Of a stretch of 64,000 bases of DNA, positions 10,009 to 21,004 are shown piece by piece (positions within the stretch are counted from its first letter, which is position 1; every line of letters begins with the position of its first letter). This DNA comes from Methanocaldococcus sp. 28A. GTDB taxonomy: Archaea > AGJL01 > Methanococci > Methanococcales > Methanocaldococcaceae. A model generated the notes under the pieces. The model was not told the DNA's origin. It saw nothing but the letters and a program-made list of their open reading frames with translations, and ran no database searches. The position numbers and the translations under genes are program-made. The stretch lies in assembly GCA_049852185.1 (NCBI GenBank), contig CP187540.1. The stretch is one strand, 5' to 3'.

Positions 10009-10758
10009 CTAAGAATTGTTATTATTATTAATTATAATTACAGATTTGTCATTAAATGGATTTGCTCTTAAACATAACGAGTAGAGATATGGGTACTTAT
10101 CTTTTAAGTGCATTAAGTAATTTAACCATTGGATTACTAATAATCTATAAACTCTAAGAATATCGTTCTTTAAATGGTATAAATCGCTTTTTGGAAGATT
10201 ACTTAAATCTTCTCTTTTATGTAACTCATCTGCTAAATGAAAAACTGCTAATAACAGCTCAGTAAAGTCTTCATGCTCCAATAGTAAAGGATTTTCCATT
10301 AATCTTAAAAGAAATTCTTTATTTTTTTCTAATAGACTTTTAAGCTCGTATAAATCAATTTTTTCTATATCTATATTATAATCATAATTTTTTAACAGTT
10401 TTTTAGTTTTTTCATACATCTTGTTATCCCAATCTTCTGATATTTTTAAATAATCTTTTATATTATCTATATTTGCTTTTAAGATTATTTTTAAGAGCTC
10501 TTCACCAACACAACTAAAAAAAGAACCAACAACCATATTTAATTTTTCTAACTTTTTCTTTTTCTCCCTATAATCTAAAATTCTCTCAATAATTAAACTT
10601 ACAATTAAAACTTCAATAGGAACGAACGCCAAATGCAATAAAAAATAGCTTAATATGTAATCTATTTTTCCAAAAATTAAAAAATGTATTAAGTAAATCA
10701 ATATGGATAAAAAAATTAAACAAATACCTGTTGTTAAAATATACTTTTTATCATTCAT
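10009..10758 (-). CDS. Conserved membrane protein
   Basis: Two N-terminal TM helices; LLENPxLLEHExFTELLLAVFHL-type motif. Confidence 0.75.
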   Translation of the reverse strand: MNDKKYILTTGICLIFLSILIYLIHFLIFGKIDYILSYFLLHLAFVPIEVLIVSLIIERILDYREKKKKLEKLNMVVGSFFSCVGEELLKIILKANIDNIKDYLKISEDWDNKMYEKTKKLLKNYDYNIDIEKIDLYELKSLLEKNKEFLLRLMENPLLLEHEDFTELLLAVFHLADELHKREDLSNLPKSDLYHLKNDILRVYRLLVIQWLNYLMHLKDKYPYLYSLCLRANPFNDKSVIIINNNNNS

Positions 10759-10759
10759 C

Positions 10760-11257
10760 TTATCCCTTAAAGTTCCAAATCTTGTCCCCTAAATAATGAA
10801 GATTTTTAATGGCTTTCCCTTTATCAGCTTCTTTCATCTCTTTTCCATTCATTAATGCAATTCCTACACATATTGGTTTTTTGTGATTTTCATCTACAAC
10901 AAAAACAATATCTTCCTCTTTAATATTTTCATCAGCCTCAACAATTCCCGGAGCCATTACATCTGCTCCATTTATTAAGAATTTTATAGCACCCATATCA
11001 ACTACAACTAAATTTTTATTAGGAAGAGATTTTAATAATAATTTTAATGTAGGAATTACTTTATCATCTTTTTTAAATGCAATTGGCTCTTTATCCACTA
11101 ATATTATCTCAAAATTATCAGTTATAGCTATCTCCACATTACTTTTTTTTGGAATTATTTCATCAACATTTTCAAAAAAATCTTCCAATTCTTTTTTTAT
11201 TTTTTTGACATCTTTTTTGCTTAAAAAGTATCTTTTTTTTATTTCCAAACACATCAC
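10760..11257 (-). CDS. PUA-domain RNA-binding protein (MCT-1/Tma20-like)
   Basis: VVVDMGAIKFLINGADVMAPGI PUA motif. Confidence 0.9.
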   Translation of the reverse strand: MMCLEIKKRYFLSKKDVKKIKKELEDFFENVDEIIPKKSNVEIAITDNFEIILVDKEPIAFKKDDKVIPTLKLLLKSLPNKNLVVVDMGAIKFLINGADVMAPGIVEADENIKEEDIVFVVDENHKKPICVGIALMNGKEMKEADKGKAIKNLHYLGDKIWNFKG

Positions 11258-11302
11258 CTTTTGTTATAATAGAGATTTTGCAGAAATGTTTTATTGAGTA
11301 AA

Positions 11303-12067
11303 CTACGGAAATCCTATATAATGAAAGAGGTTGATTGATGCTATAATTACTATTAGAGCACCAACTCTTGTTATTTCATTTGAAGCCCCTAGTATATCAC
11401 CATTAACCCCGCCAAAATGCTTTTTAGCTATCTTAGCCATGCATAAACCAATAATTATTGCCGTTATTATGGCTATTATAACGATTTTCCTTTCAATCCC
11501 TTCAAATATTAAAAGTAATGGAAGAGTTAGGATAATACCAATAGTTAAAAACTTTTCATCACTTTTCTTAACAAAGTATCTTCCAGTTCCTTCAATTAAT
11601 GGATTACCAAAAGTGGAACAGCTCAACATCCCAAGCTTTGCACAAACCTCTACAACCAATAAATATAAGATAGAAATCTCTAAAATATAAGAGATGGATA
11701 CAATTGCCAGTAAATTAACAAATATTGCAAAAATTAATCCACCACAACCAACATATCTATCCTTCATAGCCATTAATTTTTTTCTTTTATCTCCTACAGC
11801 CATCCATCCATCTCCAAAATCAATTAATCCATCAATATGGTGAAAACCATTTAAATACTCAACAAAGAACAAAATTAAAATAGCGGATAAAAGATTAGGC
11901 AACAAAAAACTAAAAACATAGCCAAATATTAAACTAAAAATTCCAAACACATAACCAATCAATATAATTAAATAGAAATGATTTGCAATATCTTCAAAAT
12001 TAAAATCTTCTACATAGATAGGAATCCTTGTAAAAAATGATAACAGTGCTTTAAACTCTTTAATCAT
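11303..12067 (-). CDS. cobS: Adenosylcobinamide-GDP ribazoletransferase
   Basis: [18 protein letters not shown] and [11 protein letters not shown] motifs. Confidence 0.93.
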   Translation of the reverse strand: MIKEFKALLSFFTRIPIYVEDFNFEDIANHFYLIILIGYVFGIFSLIFGYVFSFLLPNLLSAILILFFVEYLNGFHHIDGLIDFGDGWMAVGDKRKKLMAMKDRYVGCGGLIFAIFVNLLAIVSISYILEISILYLLVVEVCAKLGMLSCSTFGNPLIEGTGRYFVKKSDEKFLTIGIILTLPLLLIFEGIERKIVIIAIITAIIIGLCMAKIAKKHFGGVNGDILGASNEITRVGALIVIIASINLFHYIGFP

Positions 12068-12076
12068 AGTCTCATC

Positions 12077-12763
12077 TTAGCTCTTTTTTAATTTTTTAAC
12101 TATTTCTACGAGCTCTTGAATGGAGTTTGTAATATAATCGCTATACCCATTATCTTCTAAGTCTTTATATTTTCCTTTTAATATTCTAACTGTAATCATT
12201 CCAAGCTCTTTTGCTGGTTTTATATCTTTATCTACTCTATCTCCAACATATATAGTTTCTTCAGGTTTTAAATCCATCCTACTTAGTCCATATTTAAAAA
12301 ACTCTAAATGGGGTTTTCCTAAACCAAACTCCTCTGAAGTGATAACATCATCAAAAAATGGATGTATCCCCAATCTAATAAGTTTTTCCCACTGCTTTAT
12401 AGTTAATCCATCAGTTATTACACCTAACTTCAATCCCATTGCTTTAAGCTCTATCAATGTCTTTATTGTGTGTGGATAGGGTCTTAGTAATGCTACTTTA
12501 ACATTATGGTAAGTTATTATTCCAGTAGTTATTATTTTTGGGTCATATTTTCCCAAAACAGCTTTAACCAAGTCATCAAAATGCTTTCCATAGTTTGAAC
12601 CTTTATCCCTAATAATTTTATTTAATATATTCATTGCTTCTTCAAAAGATATATTTAAACCAGCATCTATCATTGATTTAACTGCCTCTCTTCTTGCAAT
12701 TTCTACAAATTCTGATGAATTGTATAAAGTATCATCCAAATCAAACAAAATTCCCTTTATCAT
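12077..12763 (-). CDS. HAD-superfamily hydrolase
   Basis: DLDDTL, ITDG, KP and GDRVDKD motifs. Confidence 0.9.
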   Translation of the reverse strand: MIKGILFDLDDTLYNSSEFVEIARREAVKSMIDAGLNISFEEAMNILNKIIRDKGSNYGKHFDDLVKAVLGKYDPKIITTGIITYHNVKVALLRPYPHTIKTLIELKAMGLKLGVITDGLTIKQWEKLIRLGIHPFFDDVITSEEFGLGKPHLEFFKYGLSRMDLKPEETIYVGDRVDKDIKPAKELGMITVRILKGKYKDLEDNGYSDYITNSIQELVEIVKKLKKS

Positions 12764-12846
12764 AATTTTTTCCCTTTTAGCATTTTTTACGCTATATGGG
12801 CTACATTCCGTTATTGGATATACTTATGTTTGTATATATTAATCCT

Positions 12847-13131
12847 CTATGGTTTTTTTACCTTCTCTTTAACCATCTGAAACAATCCAACAAAATCATC
12901 ATCCTCTGTAACTGGAACAACAATTAATCCTAACTTTTTATGTCTTTCTATCCAACCTTCATCATAAGCAGGAACTTCTATTTTTATTGGTTCATCAGTA
13001 GGATTCCCAACTATAACATTTCTGTATGGGAAGGGCTTTACTTCCTCATCTTCTTCATAAGGAAATGTTGTCTCTCTAATATATCCTCCTAAAGCCATAG
13101 TCATTCTTGGCAATAAAACCATCTTTGGCAT
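12847..13131 (-). CDS. ehbP: Energy-converting hydrogenase B subunit P
   Basis: LGGYIRE...FPYRNVIVGNPTDEPIKIEVP signature. Confidence 0.75.
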   Translation of the reverse strand: MPKMVLLPRMTMALGGYIRETTFPYEEDEEVKPFPYRNVIVGNPTDEPIKIEVPAYDEGWIERHKKLGLIVVPVTEDDDFVGLFQMVKEKVKKP

Positions 13132-13160
13132 TTATTACCCCCTTAGTTTATTTTAAAAAT

Positions 13161-13263
13161 TATAGTTGTGTGCAAAATACACTAAACTTTTAATTTGAAT
13201 GTCTTCCTTTTGGAAGGCATATACCTTATTTTAAATATTAAGATAGTTTTGCACTCAACTATA
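13161..13263. repeat. Palindromic repeat, family B
   Basis: Same TIR and central palindrome as 3266-3379. Confidence 0.85.
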
Positions 13264-13380
13264 ATGTGTTATTCACTTAAATTTAAACTTAACTAAAAAT
13301 AGTATAGAACTTTTGCAGGTATAAATACATAAGCGAATATTGATGCTTTTGAGCATCTAAATTTCTTAAAGAATAATAAA

Positions 13381-13991
13381 AAGGAAGATATGAAACTTAC
13401 GATAGAAATGCTAAAGAGAAGTTGATAGAGATTAAAATTTTTTGTATTATTTGGGATTATCGTTAAGAGGGGTAGGTTTGTTTCTTTTTCAATTCGAGAG
13501 TATAAGCCACGAATCGGTTAGACAATATTACCACAAGATTAAAGATATTTTAAACGAGCCTGAAAGAAAGACAAGAAACCTAATTGCAATCGATGAAACT
13601 AAACTAAAGCTTGGAAATGAAACTATTTATGTATGGTCTGCTATCGATGTGGAATCTAAAGAATGTTTAGGTATCTACATCTCTAAAACAAGATGCTATC
13701 TCGATACTATCTTATTTGTAAGAAGTATATTAAAATTTTGCTCGAATAAACCAAAAATTTTGGTTGATGGTGGTAAATGGTATCCGTGGGCACTACAGAT
13801 ATTAGGCTTAAAATTCGAAAGAGTTCGATTCGGTTTAAGAAATTGTGTTGAAAGTTTCTTCTCTTTACTTAAACTTAGAACTAAATCTTTCTATAATAGA
13901 TTTCCTAATAATTCTAAATTCTTAACCGTAAGTTAGCTCGAACCTTTCTCCTCTTTCTATAACTTCTTCCTTATCTTATCTTGACAACCTC
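13381..13991 (+). mobile_element. IS6-family element with a disrupted transposase
   Basis: [16 protein letters not shown] and [11 protein letters not shown] motifs. Right TIR CTTATCTTGACAACCTC at 13975-13991; 5' deletion and premature stop. The left end abuts a half family-A repeat starting at 13304. Confidence 0.88.
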
Positions 13992-14201
13992 TAACATTTC
14001 AACAAAAAGTTTTTATAATAGGACATTTGCAGAACTAACTATCACTTTGGTTTATACTCTTTAAACATATAAATTCTAACGTAGAAACATAAAATACGAT
14101 AAATAAACTTTATAGAGAAAATTTTAATGATGACGTTCTTTTAAACATTCATTAATGTTTTATTCATTATACGTCTTTTAAATATTCTAAGAGGGATATT
14201 T

Positions 14202-15062
14202 ATGCTTAAAGATTATGCTCTCAAAATACTAAAAAAATCGTTAGAGTATGATGTTGGATTTGGCGATATCACAACAAATTCCATAATTCCAGAAGGTTTA
14301 AAAGCCAAAGGAGTTATTAAAGCTAAAGAGCCATGTATTGTTTGTGGGATTGATTTTATAGTTGCATTTTTTGAAGAATATAACATAAGATGTAAAAAAT
14401 TATTTAATGATGGTGATGAAGCTTATGGAAATATAGTAGAGCTTGAAGGAGATGCGAGAACAATATTAATGCTTGAAAGAACCGCTTTAAACTTACTTAT
14501 GCATTTGTCTGGAATTGCTACAACTACAAACCGAATAATTAAAAATATTAGAAAGGTAAATAAAAAAGTTAGGATTGCTTGCACAAGAAAAACTCTCCCT
14601 CTATTATCCCCATTACAGAAATATGCAGTATATATTGGTGGGGGAGATACCCATAGATTTAGATTAGATGACTGTGTTTTAATTAAAGATAATCACATAG
14701 CAGTAGTGGGAATAAAAGAAGCTATTAAAAGAGCTAAAGAAAACATTAGTTTTACAAAAAAGATTGAAATTGAAGTTGAAAACTTAGAAGAGTTGAAAGA
14801 TGCCTTAGAAGAGAGAGCTGATATAATAATGCTCGACAACTTTAAACCTGAAGATATAGAAAGGGCATTAAAAATAATTGATGACTTTGAAAGAAGAAAT
14901 AATTTTAGACCCATAATTGAAGTTAGTGGAGGGATTAAAGAAGATAATATTTTAGAGTATGCAAAATACAACATTGATGTCATATCTTTAGGAGTTTTAA
15001 CTCATTCAGTAAAAAGTATTGATATGAGTTTAGACATAACATTTTCAAATAATAAAAAATAA
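14202..15062 (+). CDS. nadC: Quinolinate phosphoribosyltransferase
   Basis: GDITT, TRKT, LIKDNH, IMLDNF and EVSGGI motifs. Confidence 0.96.
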   Translation: MLKDYALKILKKSLEYDVGFGDITTNSIIPEGLKAKGVIKAKEPCIVCGIDFIVAFFEEYNIRCKKLFNDGDEAYGNIVELEGDARTILMLERTALNLLMHLSGIATTTNRIIKNIRKVNKKVRIACTRKTLPLLSPLQKYAVYIGGGDTHRFRLDDCVLIKDNHIAVVGIKEAIKRAKENISFTKKIEIEVENLEELKDALEERADIIMLDNFKPEDIERALKIIDDFERRNNFRPIIEVSGGIKEDNILEYAKYNIDVISLGVLTHSVKSIDMSLDITFSNNKK

Positions 15063-15214
15063 ATTGCTAAAAAATATAAAACACAAAGAATTTAAAATAA
15101 GAAACTCATTTATATATCTAATTGAACTATATTTGATTGTACCCTTGATTAAGAAATATTTTTTATTATTAAATAAAAAGTGTTGAATAGAATAAAGGGT
15201 TTTGGGGTTATAAT

Positions 15215-15508
15215 ATGGGTATCATACTAATCATTGCAATATTGCTATTATTGGTGGGTGTTGGTTTAGCAATAGCATTGATCTCATTAAATAAAAATAA
15301 AATTAAAACCACTGCAGAATATAACAGAATACAGAAAGAAAAGGTTGACAGCGAAATTAAAATGTTAAAAAATTTAAAAAATAGGTTGTATTCTGAAGCT
15401 TCAGACGAGGTTATTAACAGTATTCTAAATAGCGAAAATACCATTTTAGAAAATGCACTTAATGATAACTTAGATGATATAGATATTTCTAAAAAACTAA
15501 GGAGGTAG
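15215..15508 (+). CDS. Small protein with N-terminal TM anchor
   Basis: GGGGT SD before the ATG; hydrophobic N-terminus. Confidence 0.7.
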   Translation: MGIILIIAILLLLVGVGLAIALISLNKNKIKTTAEYNRIQKEKVDSEIKMLKNLKNRLYSEASDEVINSILNSENTILENALNDNLDDIDISKKLRR

Positions 15509-15925
15509 TATAATTCCTACTACTTCAATAAATTTTGGATTTTTTAATTTCTTATCAAAATACATACAAATTCCAACCATTATATTTCTTTTTTTGGCAA
15601 TAATGTAATCACACTCACATCCAATCATTTCAAAACTCTCTTTCATTCTTTCAAAACCAAAAGTGTCTGGGTAGAGAGGGTTTTCATTTAAAATTTCATT
15701 TATTCTATTGACAAACTTATCTATTTCATCAATATCATCAACTATGTCAAATCCCTCTTTTTTCAGTTTTTCAGTTAAATAATTTTTAATATTATCATAT
15801 TTTTCAAATTTTTCATCTCTGCAAACTCCTTTAACCATTAACATATCATCAGTTTCAAATAATGGCTTAGAGCCTTTAAAAGCATTTAAAGCATGCATCA
15901 ATTTTCCAATATTTGCTTTCCACAT
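15497..15925 (-). CDS. Methanogen-specific hypothetical protein (DUF2120-like)
   Basis: AFKGSKP and DTFGFERMKESFE motifs; in operon with mdh. Confidence 0.7.
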   Translation of the reverse strand: MWKANIGKLMHALNAFKGSKPLFETDDMLMVKGVCRDEKFEKYDNIKNYLTEKLKKEGFDIVDDIDEIDKFVNRINEILNENPLYPDTFGFERMKESFEMIGCECDYIIAKKRNIMVGICMYFDKKLKNPKFIEVVGIILPP

Positions 15926-15937
15926 GATAACACCAAA

Positions 15938-16891
15938 TTATAAATTTTTAACTTCCTCACAGTATTTTTTAATAATTTCAACTGATTTTCTAAATGCAAT
16001 TAACTCATCTCTGCTAAGTTCAATTGATACAATCTCCTCTATTCCCTCCTTCCCAATCTTTACTGGAACTCCAATACATAAATCTCTAATTCCATCAAAC
16101 TCTCCATCTACATAGGCTGATAGAGTTAGTAACCTCTTCTCATTATTTACGATACATCTAACTACATTTAAAATAGCTGCTGCAGGTCCAAATTCAGAAC
16201 CACCTTTTAATCTAATAATCTGCTCTCCTTTTGTTTTAACATCTTCTATAATCTCTTCTATTGGTAGTTCTTTAAATTCTTCAAACTTATAAATTGGGAT
16301 TCCTCCAATAGATGTAGCACTCAATAAAGGAACCATACTGTCTCCATGCTCTCCAATAATTCTTGTCCTAACTTCATCAATATGCACTCCAAAGAATTTA
16401 GCAATAGCTACCTTGAACCTTAAAGAATCTAAGTGAGTTCCCAAACCAAAAACCTGATTTCTTTCAAATTTTGAATCCACTAAAGCTTTATATGTCATTA
16501 CATCTACAGGGTTTGTTATAATAAATATCTTTGTATCACATATCTCAGCTATTTTTTTAGCATACTTTCCAACAATTTTTGCATTTGTTTTTGCTAAATC
16601 CATCCTACTCATTCCCTCTTTCCTCGGAACTCCACTTGTTATTATAACAATATCACTTTCATCAATAATCTTTAAGTTTTCATCACTCTCAACGTATATG
16701 TTTGCATCACTTCTTGTCCCTGCTAAAGCATCATAAATATCTCTTTTTAATCCTTCTAATTTATTTATTGAATGTTCTCTCCCAATTAATACCAAATCTT
16801 TCATAAAAGGTTCTTTAGCTAATAATAAAGCTGTTGCACTTCCAACTTTACCAGAAGCTCCTATAATTGTAACTTTCATATTATCCCTCAA
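15938..16891 (-). CDS. mdh: Malate/L-2-hydroxycarboxylate dehydrogenase
   Basis: GASGKVG, PRKEGMSRMDL, ITNPVD and GEHGD motifs. Confidence 0.95.
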   Translation of the reverse strand: MRDNMKVTIIGASGKVGSATALLLAKEPFMKDLVLIGREHSINKLEGLKRDIYDALAGTRSDANIYVESDENLKIIDESDIVIITSGVPRKEGMSRMDLAKTNAKIVGKYAKKIAEICDTKIFIITNPVDVMTYKALVDSKFERNQVFGLGTHLDSLRFKVAIAKFFGVHIDEVRTRIIGEHGDSMVPLLSATSIGGIPIYKFEEFKELPIEEIIEDVKTKGEQIIRLKGGSEFGPAAAILNVVRCIVNNEKRLLTLSAYVDGEFDGIRDLCIGVPVKIGKEGIEEIVSIELSRDELIAFRKSVEIIKKYCEEVKNL

Positions 16892-16976
16892 AAGTTAGTA
16901 AAATCACTGTTTCAAATTTCAAAGAAATTATTGTTTTATTTTCTAAGAATATCCTATACAAAATAAAAACTAAATA

Positions 16977-17771
16977 TTAGAGCACTTCTTCAATAAAAGA
17001 GTAAATTAAATTAACGTTATTTGAAAGTATCTCTTCAGCTTCATCTAATACATCATTTAATGTGCTTATTGTTATAGCTGGCTGTGAAATTTCTGATAAA
17101 AATTTGTGGATATCTTTTTCATGGAATAAAATTCCCTCATAATATCTCAGATTTGGGATAGCATATAAAACTCCATCTAAGGATGTTATTTCTCTTGAAG
17201 CATCAACTATTGTATCAATTGTTAAAGTCATAGTTCCAGATGTTTTTGAAACTCTCGCCTTTCTGTATGTTTTTAAAACTCCAACTTTTGCCTTTTCAAT
17301 GAATGGAGCTATTCTTTTGTATGTGTTGTCTGCCTCATAAATATCAACATCAAAAACCCCCTTAGGGTCCTCAACAATAAAAACCTTTGGATTAAATTTA
17401 GCCAAAAATTCTGGCTCAACACCTCCTAAACCTGTCAAATCAACAATTAAATCTGGATTTACTTCATTTTTCATAAGCTTTAATTTAAATTCATTTAAAT
17501 TTAAGAATTTTATGCTGTTGTTGTTTGGAACAAATCCTTTCATAAATTCGTGTATATCAACTAAATAAACTTTATCAGCATATTTTGAGAGATTTTGAGC
17601 CACATAATTCCCCCACAAATAAACTCCAAATATCACAACCTCCTTAAACTCCTCCCCTTCCAAAAAATTTCTAATTGCATGATACTTTTTCTTAGCTATT
17701 TCATTTATTACATCAATAACCTTTGTTTTTGTGTCAATTGTTTTCACTGTCTCAGTTATCCCATACTTCAT
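16977..17771 (-). CDS. hcgC: FeGP cofactor biosynthesis methyltransferase
   Basis: YGITE N-terminus, DLTGLGG and KTSGTMTLT motifs. Confidence 0.88.
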   Translation of the reverse strand: MKYGITETVKTIDTKTKVIDVINEIAKKKYHAIRNFLEGEEFKEVVIFGVYLWGNYVAQNLSKYADKVYLVDIHEFMKGFVPNNNSIKFLNLNEFKLKLMKNEVNPDLIVDLTGLGGVEPEFLAKFNPKVFIVEDPKGVFDVDIYEADNTYKRIAPFIEKAKVGVLKTYRKARVSKTSGTMTLTIDTIVDASREITSLDGVLYAIPNLRYYEGILFHEKDIHKFLSEISQPAITISTLNDVLDEAEEILSNNVNLIYSFIEEVL

Positions 17772-17797
17772 AACTCCACCTCCAAAATGAAAAGGTA

Positions 17798-18280
17798 TTA
17801 AATAAAAATATTTATTCCTAATCTCCTTAAAGCTTCAATCATCTCTTTCTTTATTCTCTCCTCTATATCCTCTTTATGAATAACTGATGAAGGAGATAAA
17901 GATGCTGTTAAAATTCTCCCTTTCTCATCTAATATTATAAGCATTGAACCAGAGCCTGGAACTCCCAATCTTCCCCTCGCAATATATAAATCAGCTTTTT
18001 CTACATCTAAAGCGATTAATCCTTTAGTTAAAGCTGGCATTCTTGTTAAATCAGCAAATCTTGTATCTATGTCAAGCTTTTTAATTTCAGCATTACAAAC
18101 TTTTAACATAATATTTCTTATTACTTTAAATTTCTTTTGATTGTTTGTAGCAACAACAATTTTTTTGGCATTGATTATCTTTTCCTGGAGTTTTTTTAGC
18201 TCTTCTACTTTATCCCCTCTTCTAATATTGTTAATTGATTCAATAAAAGCATTTTTAATAATTTCCTCCATTACAATCAC
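17798..18280 (-). CDS. hcgB: FeGP cofactor guanylyltransferase
   Basis: RRGD, DLTRMPA, ARGRLGVPGSGS and LSPS motifs. Confidence 0.88.
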   Translation of the reverse strand: MIVMEEIIKNAFIESINNIRRGDKVEELKKLQEKIINAKKIVVATNNQKKFKVIRNIMLKVCNAEIKKLDIDTRFADLTRMPALTKGLIALDVEKADLYIARGRLGVPGSGSMLIILDEKGRILTASLSPSSVIHKEDIEERIKKEMIEALRRLGINIFI

Positions 18281-18281
18281 A

Positions 18282-19733
18282 TTAAACTCTTTTCAACCAA
18301 TCTAAATCATTCTTATGTAAATCTCTAATGTCTGTTAATCCAAATCTAAGCATAGCCAATCTACTAAACCCTATACCCCAAGCCAAAACTGGCTTTTTAA
18401 TACCAATTGGTTCTAAAACTTCAGGTCTAAATATTCCCGCTCCTAAGATTTCTAACCATCCCTTTCCTTCTAAATATACTTCCGCCTCTAAAGATGGCTC
18501 GGTGAATGGGAAGTATGCAGGTCTAAACCTAACTTTTTCAAAGCCCAATCTATTTAAAAATTCTTTTAAAACCCCAATTAGATTGTTGAAATTAACATTA
18601 TCATCCATTATAATTCCTTCACACTGATAAAACTCTGGCAAATGTTTATAATCAATTGCTTCATTTCTAAATACTCTATCTATACAAAATACTTTATGAG
18701 GTCTGTTCTTTTCTTCATCTGATAATGAAGCTAAATATCTTATTGATGATGCAGTTGTATGAGTTCTTAAAATTAATCTTTTTGAAATATTTTCATCAAA
18801 TTTGTATTTCCAGCATCTTTCATGCACTTCTTTAACCTTATTTAGTAAATCTTCTGAAATATTTCCAACTTTTGGATACTTTAAGAAGAAAGTATCTTGC
18901 ATTTCTCTTGCTGGATGGTCTTGAGGTTCAAACAACATATCAAAATTCCAAAACTCGGTTTCTACAATTGGGCTCTTAATTTCTTTAAACCCCATTGCCA
19001 ACAAAATTTCTTTAACTTCTCTAATAATTCTTGTTAATGGATGTATCTTAGCAGGATATATTGGCTTTGTAGGAACTTTTACATCATAAGGTCTTATATA
19101 TGCCTTTTTCCACTTTCCACTTATTATAATATCTCTTGTTAATTGGGTAATCTCTTCTTCAATCTCTATTGGTTCTTTTATGAACTCTTTTCCTTTTTTA
19201 GTTAATCTTATCTTTATTTCTTTCTCTTCGTCAAAATCAATATATCCTCTTTTTTTCAAAATCTCTATACTTTTCTTTTCATCTTCATTGAAATTGTTTA
19301 TGTATTTATTTTCTTTGATTTTTTGTAATATCTCTTCTTCAACATCTTTATAATCTAAGTTATCAAAAATAATTTTTCCTTTTTCAATCTTTGCTATTCC
19401 TTTTCTTTTTATAGCTCCTAAGGCAGCATTAATTTCTTCTTTTGGCAAAATATCTTTTAATTTTTTAATTTCTACCTCATTTGTATTTTGTTGCTTTAAA
19501 TATTTAGCAATCTTTCTCTCTGGAAAATCATCCTCTTTAATAATTTTTACTATTTTTTTTACTTTTTCTTCTGTTTCTACCAAATCTTTACCTTTTAACC
19601 ATAAAGAAACTCTCAAAATCTTCTCTTTTGGCATAAATTTTTCTAATTCATTCAAATAAAACTCTTCTCTTTTCTGATTTTGAAAAATCTTTAACAGCCT
19701 TTTCTCGTCTATATGAAGTTCCATAATCATCAC
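18282..19733 (-). CDS. pheS: Phenylalanine-tRNA ligase alpha subunit
   Basis: [16 protein letters not shown] and YFPFTEPS motifs. Confidence 0.97.
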   Translation of the reverse strand: MMIMELHIDEKRLLKIFQNQKREEFYLNELEKFMPKEKILRVSLWLKGKDLVETEEKVKKIVKIIKEDDFPERKIAKYLKQQNTNEVEIKKLKDILPKEEINAALGAIKRKGIAKIEKGKIIFDNLDYKDVEEEILQKIKENKYINNFNEDEKKSIEILKKRGYIDFDEEKEIKIRLTKKGKEFIKEPIEIEEEITQLTRDIIISGKWKKAYIRPYDVKVPTKPIYPAKIHPLTRIIREVKEILLAMGFKEIKSPIVETEFWNFDMLFEPQDHPAREMQDTFFLKYPKVGNISEDLLNKVKEVHERCWKYKFDENISKRLILRTHTTASSIRYLASLSDEEKNRPHKVFCIDRVFRNEAIDYKHLPEFYQCEGIIMDDNVNFNNLIGVLKEFLNRLGFEKVRFRPAYFPFTEPSLEAEVYLEGKGWLEILGAGIFRPEVLEPIGIKKPVLAWGIGFSRLAMLRFGLTDIRDLHKNDLDWLKRV

Positions 19734-19838
19734 CGCATATCCCTTAAATTATTTATGTTAGTATAATACCATTCCCTTAATAAATAGATAACTATGTTTA
19801 TTAACTATGTTTAGTCCAAGTTTATTTTTTCTATTTAT

Positions 19839-19919
19839 ATAGAACTTTTTGATTTAATTCTGACTTTTATTCATTAGCATTCTTATTCAATAAAAAATTC
19901 ATTCCTGCGAAAGTTCTAT
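19839..19919. repeat. Palindromic repeat, family A
   Basis: ATAGAACTTT...CTGCGAAAGTTCTAT ends. Confidence 0.65.
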
Positions 19920-20034
19920 TAAATACTTAAATTTTAATAATTAATCAACCTTTCATGTTAATATTTGAGATTAATTTATATTAATGCAATGAAACAAATA
20001 TTATTAGATTAGTGTAGCTATCATATTATTCGGT

Positions 20035-21003
20035 TTGGGGGTTATTATGTTTAATGATGAAGATACTAAAATAATTGATGAAATTTATAAAGAAGGTTAT
20101 TTATTTGCTCAATATGGAATCTACATAAAGAAAAAATTTAAAGAAAAAATTTTTAAAATTCCAGTTGATATAGGGCTTGGCTGTCCTCACAAAAAAAATG
20201 ATGGATGTATTTTTTGCCCAGAAATGGGAAGGCCGATATCTGTTAAATACTGCAATGCAAAAATTCCATTAAAAGAGCAGATTGAAAAACAAATGGAAAA
20301 TCAAAAAAAGAAGGGGTTTAAAAAATTCTATATCTATTTCTATCCTGGAACTAATACCTATGCTCCAGTAGAAAAACTAAAAGAAATTTGGGATTTTTGT
20401 TTATCTTATAAAGATGTTATTGGATTATCTATAGGCACAAGACCTGATTGCTTAGAGAAAGAAAAACTTGATATATTAGCTGAGTATGTTGAAAATGGCT
20501 ATGACATTTGGATAGATTTAGGGATTCAAAGTATGCATCAAAAAACTCTTGAAATTTTAAATAGAGGGCATAATGTATCTGATATAATAAGAGCTATAAA
20601 GGAATGCCATAAAAGGGAAATAAAAGTTTGTGGGCATATAATTTTAGCTCTACCTGGGGAAACTTGGATAGAGATGATGGAAACTGCAAAAATTTTATCT
20701 ATATTAGAAATTGAAGCTGTTAAAATTTATCCATTAGTTGTTGTTAAAGGCACAAAATTAGAAGAATTATATTGGAAAGGAGAATATAGAACGTTAGATG
20801 AAAAACAATATATAGCTTTAGTTTGTGATTTTTTAGAACATCTCTCTCCTTATGTGCTAATTCAGAGATTATCCAAAGATAAAGTTCCAGAAAATATTAA
20901 AATCTCTCCAGAATGGGATTTAAGTAGAATTAAGGTTATGAATAAAGTAAATGAAGTGTTGAGAAAAAGAGGAACTAAGCAGGGGGCTAAATATATCCTT
21001 TAA
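20035..21003 (+). CDS. Radical SAM protein, YhcC/TIGR01212 type (likely start ATG 20047)
   Basis: C-x7-C-x2-C variant cluster motif, TNTYA and IGTRPDC. Confidence 0.88.
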   Translation: MGVIMFNDEDTKIIDEIYKEGYLFAQYGIYIKKKFKEKIFKIPVDIGLGCPHKKNDGCIFCPEMGRPISVKYCNAKIPLKEQIEKQMENQKKKGFKKFYIYFYPGTNTYAPVEKLKEIWDFCLSYKDVIGLSIGTRPDCLEKEKLDILAEYVENGYDIWIDLGIQSMHQKTLEILNRGHNVSDIIRAIKECHKREIKVCGHIILALPGETWIEMMETAKILSILEIEAVKIYPLVVVKGTKLEELYWKGEYRTLDEKQYIALVCDFLEHLSPYVLIQRLSKDKVPENIKISPEWDLSRIKVMNKVNEVLRKRGTKQGAKYIL

Positions 21004-21004
21004 T

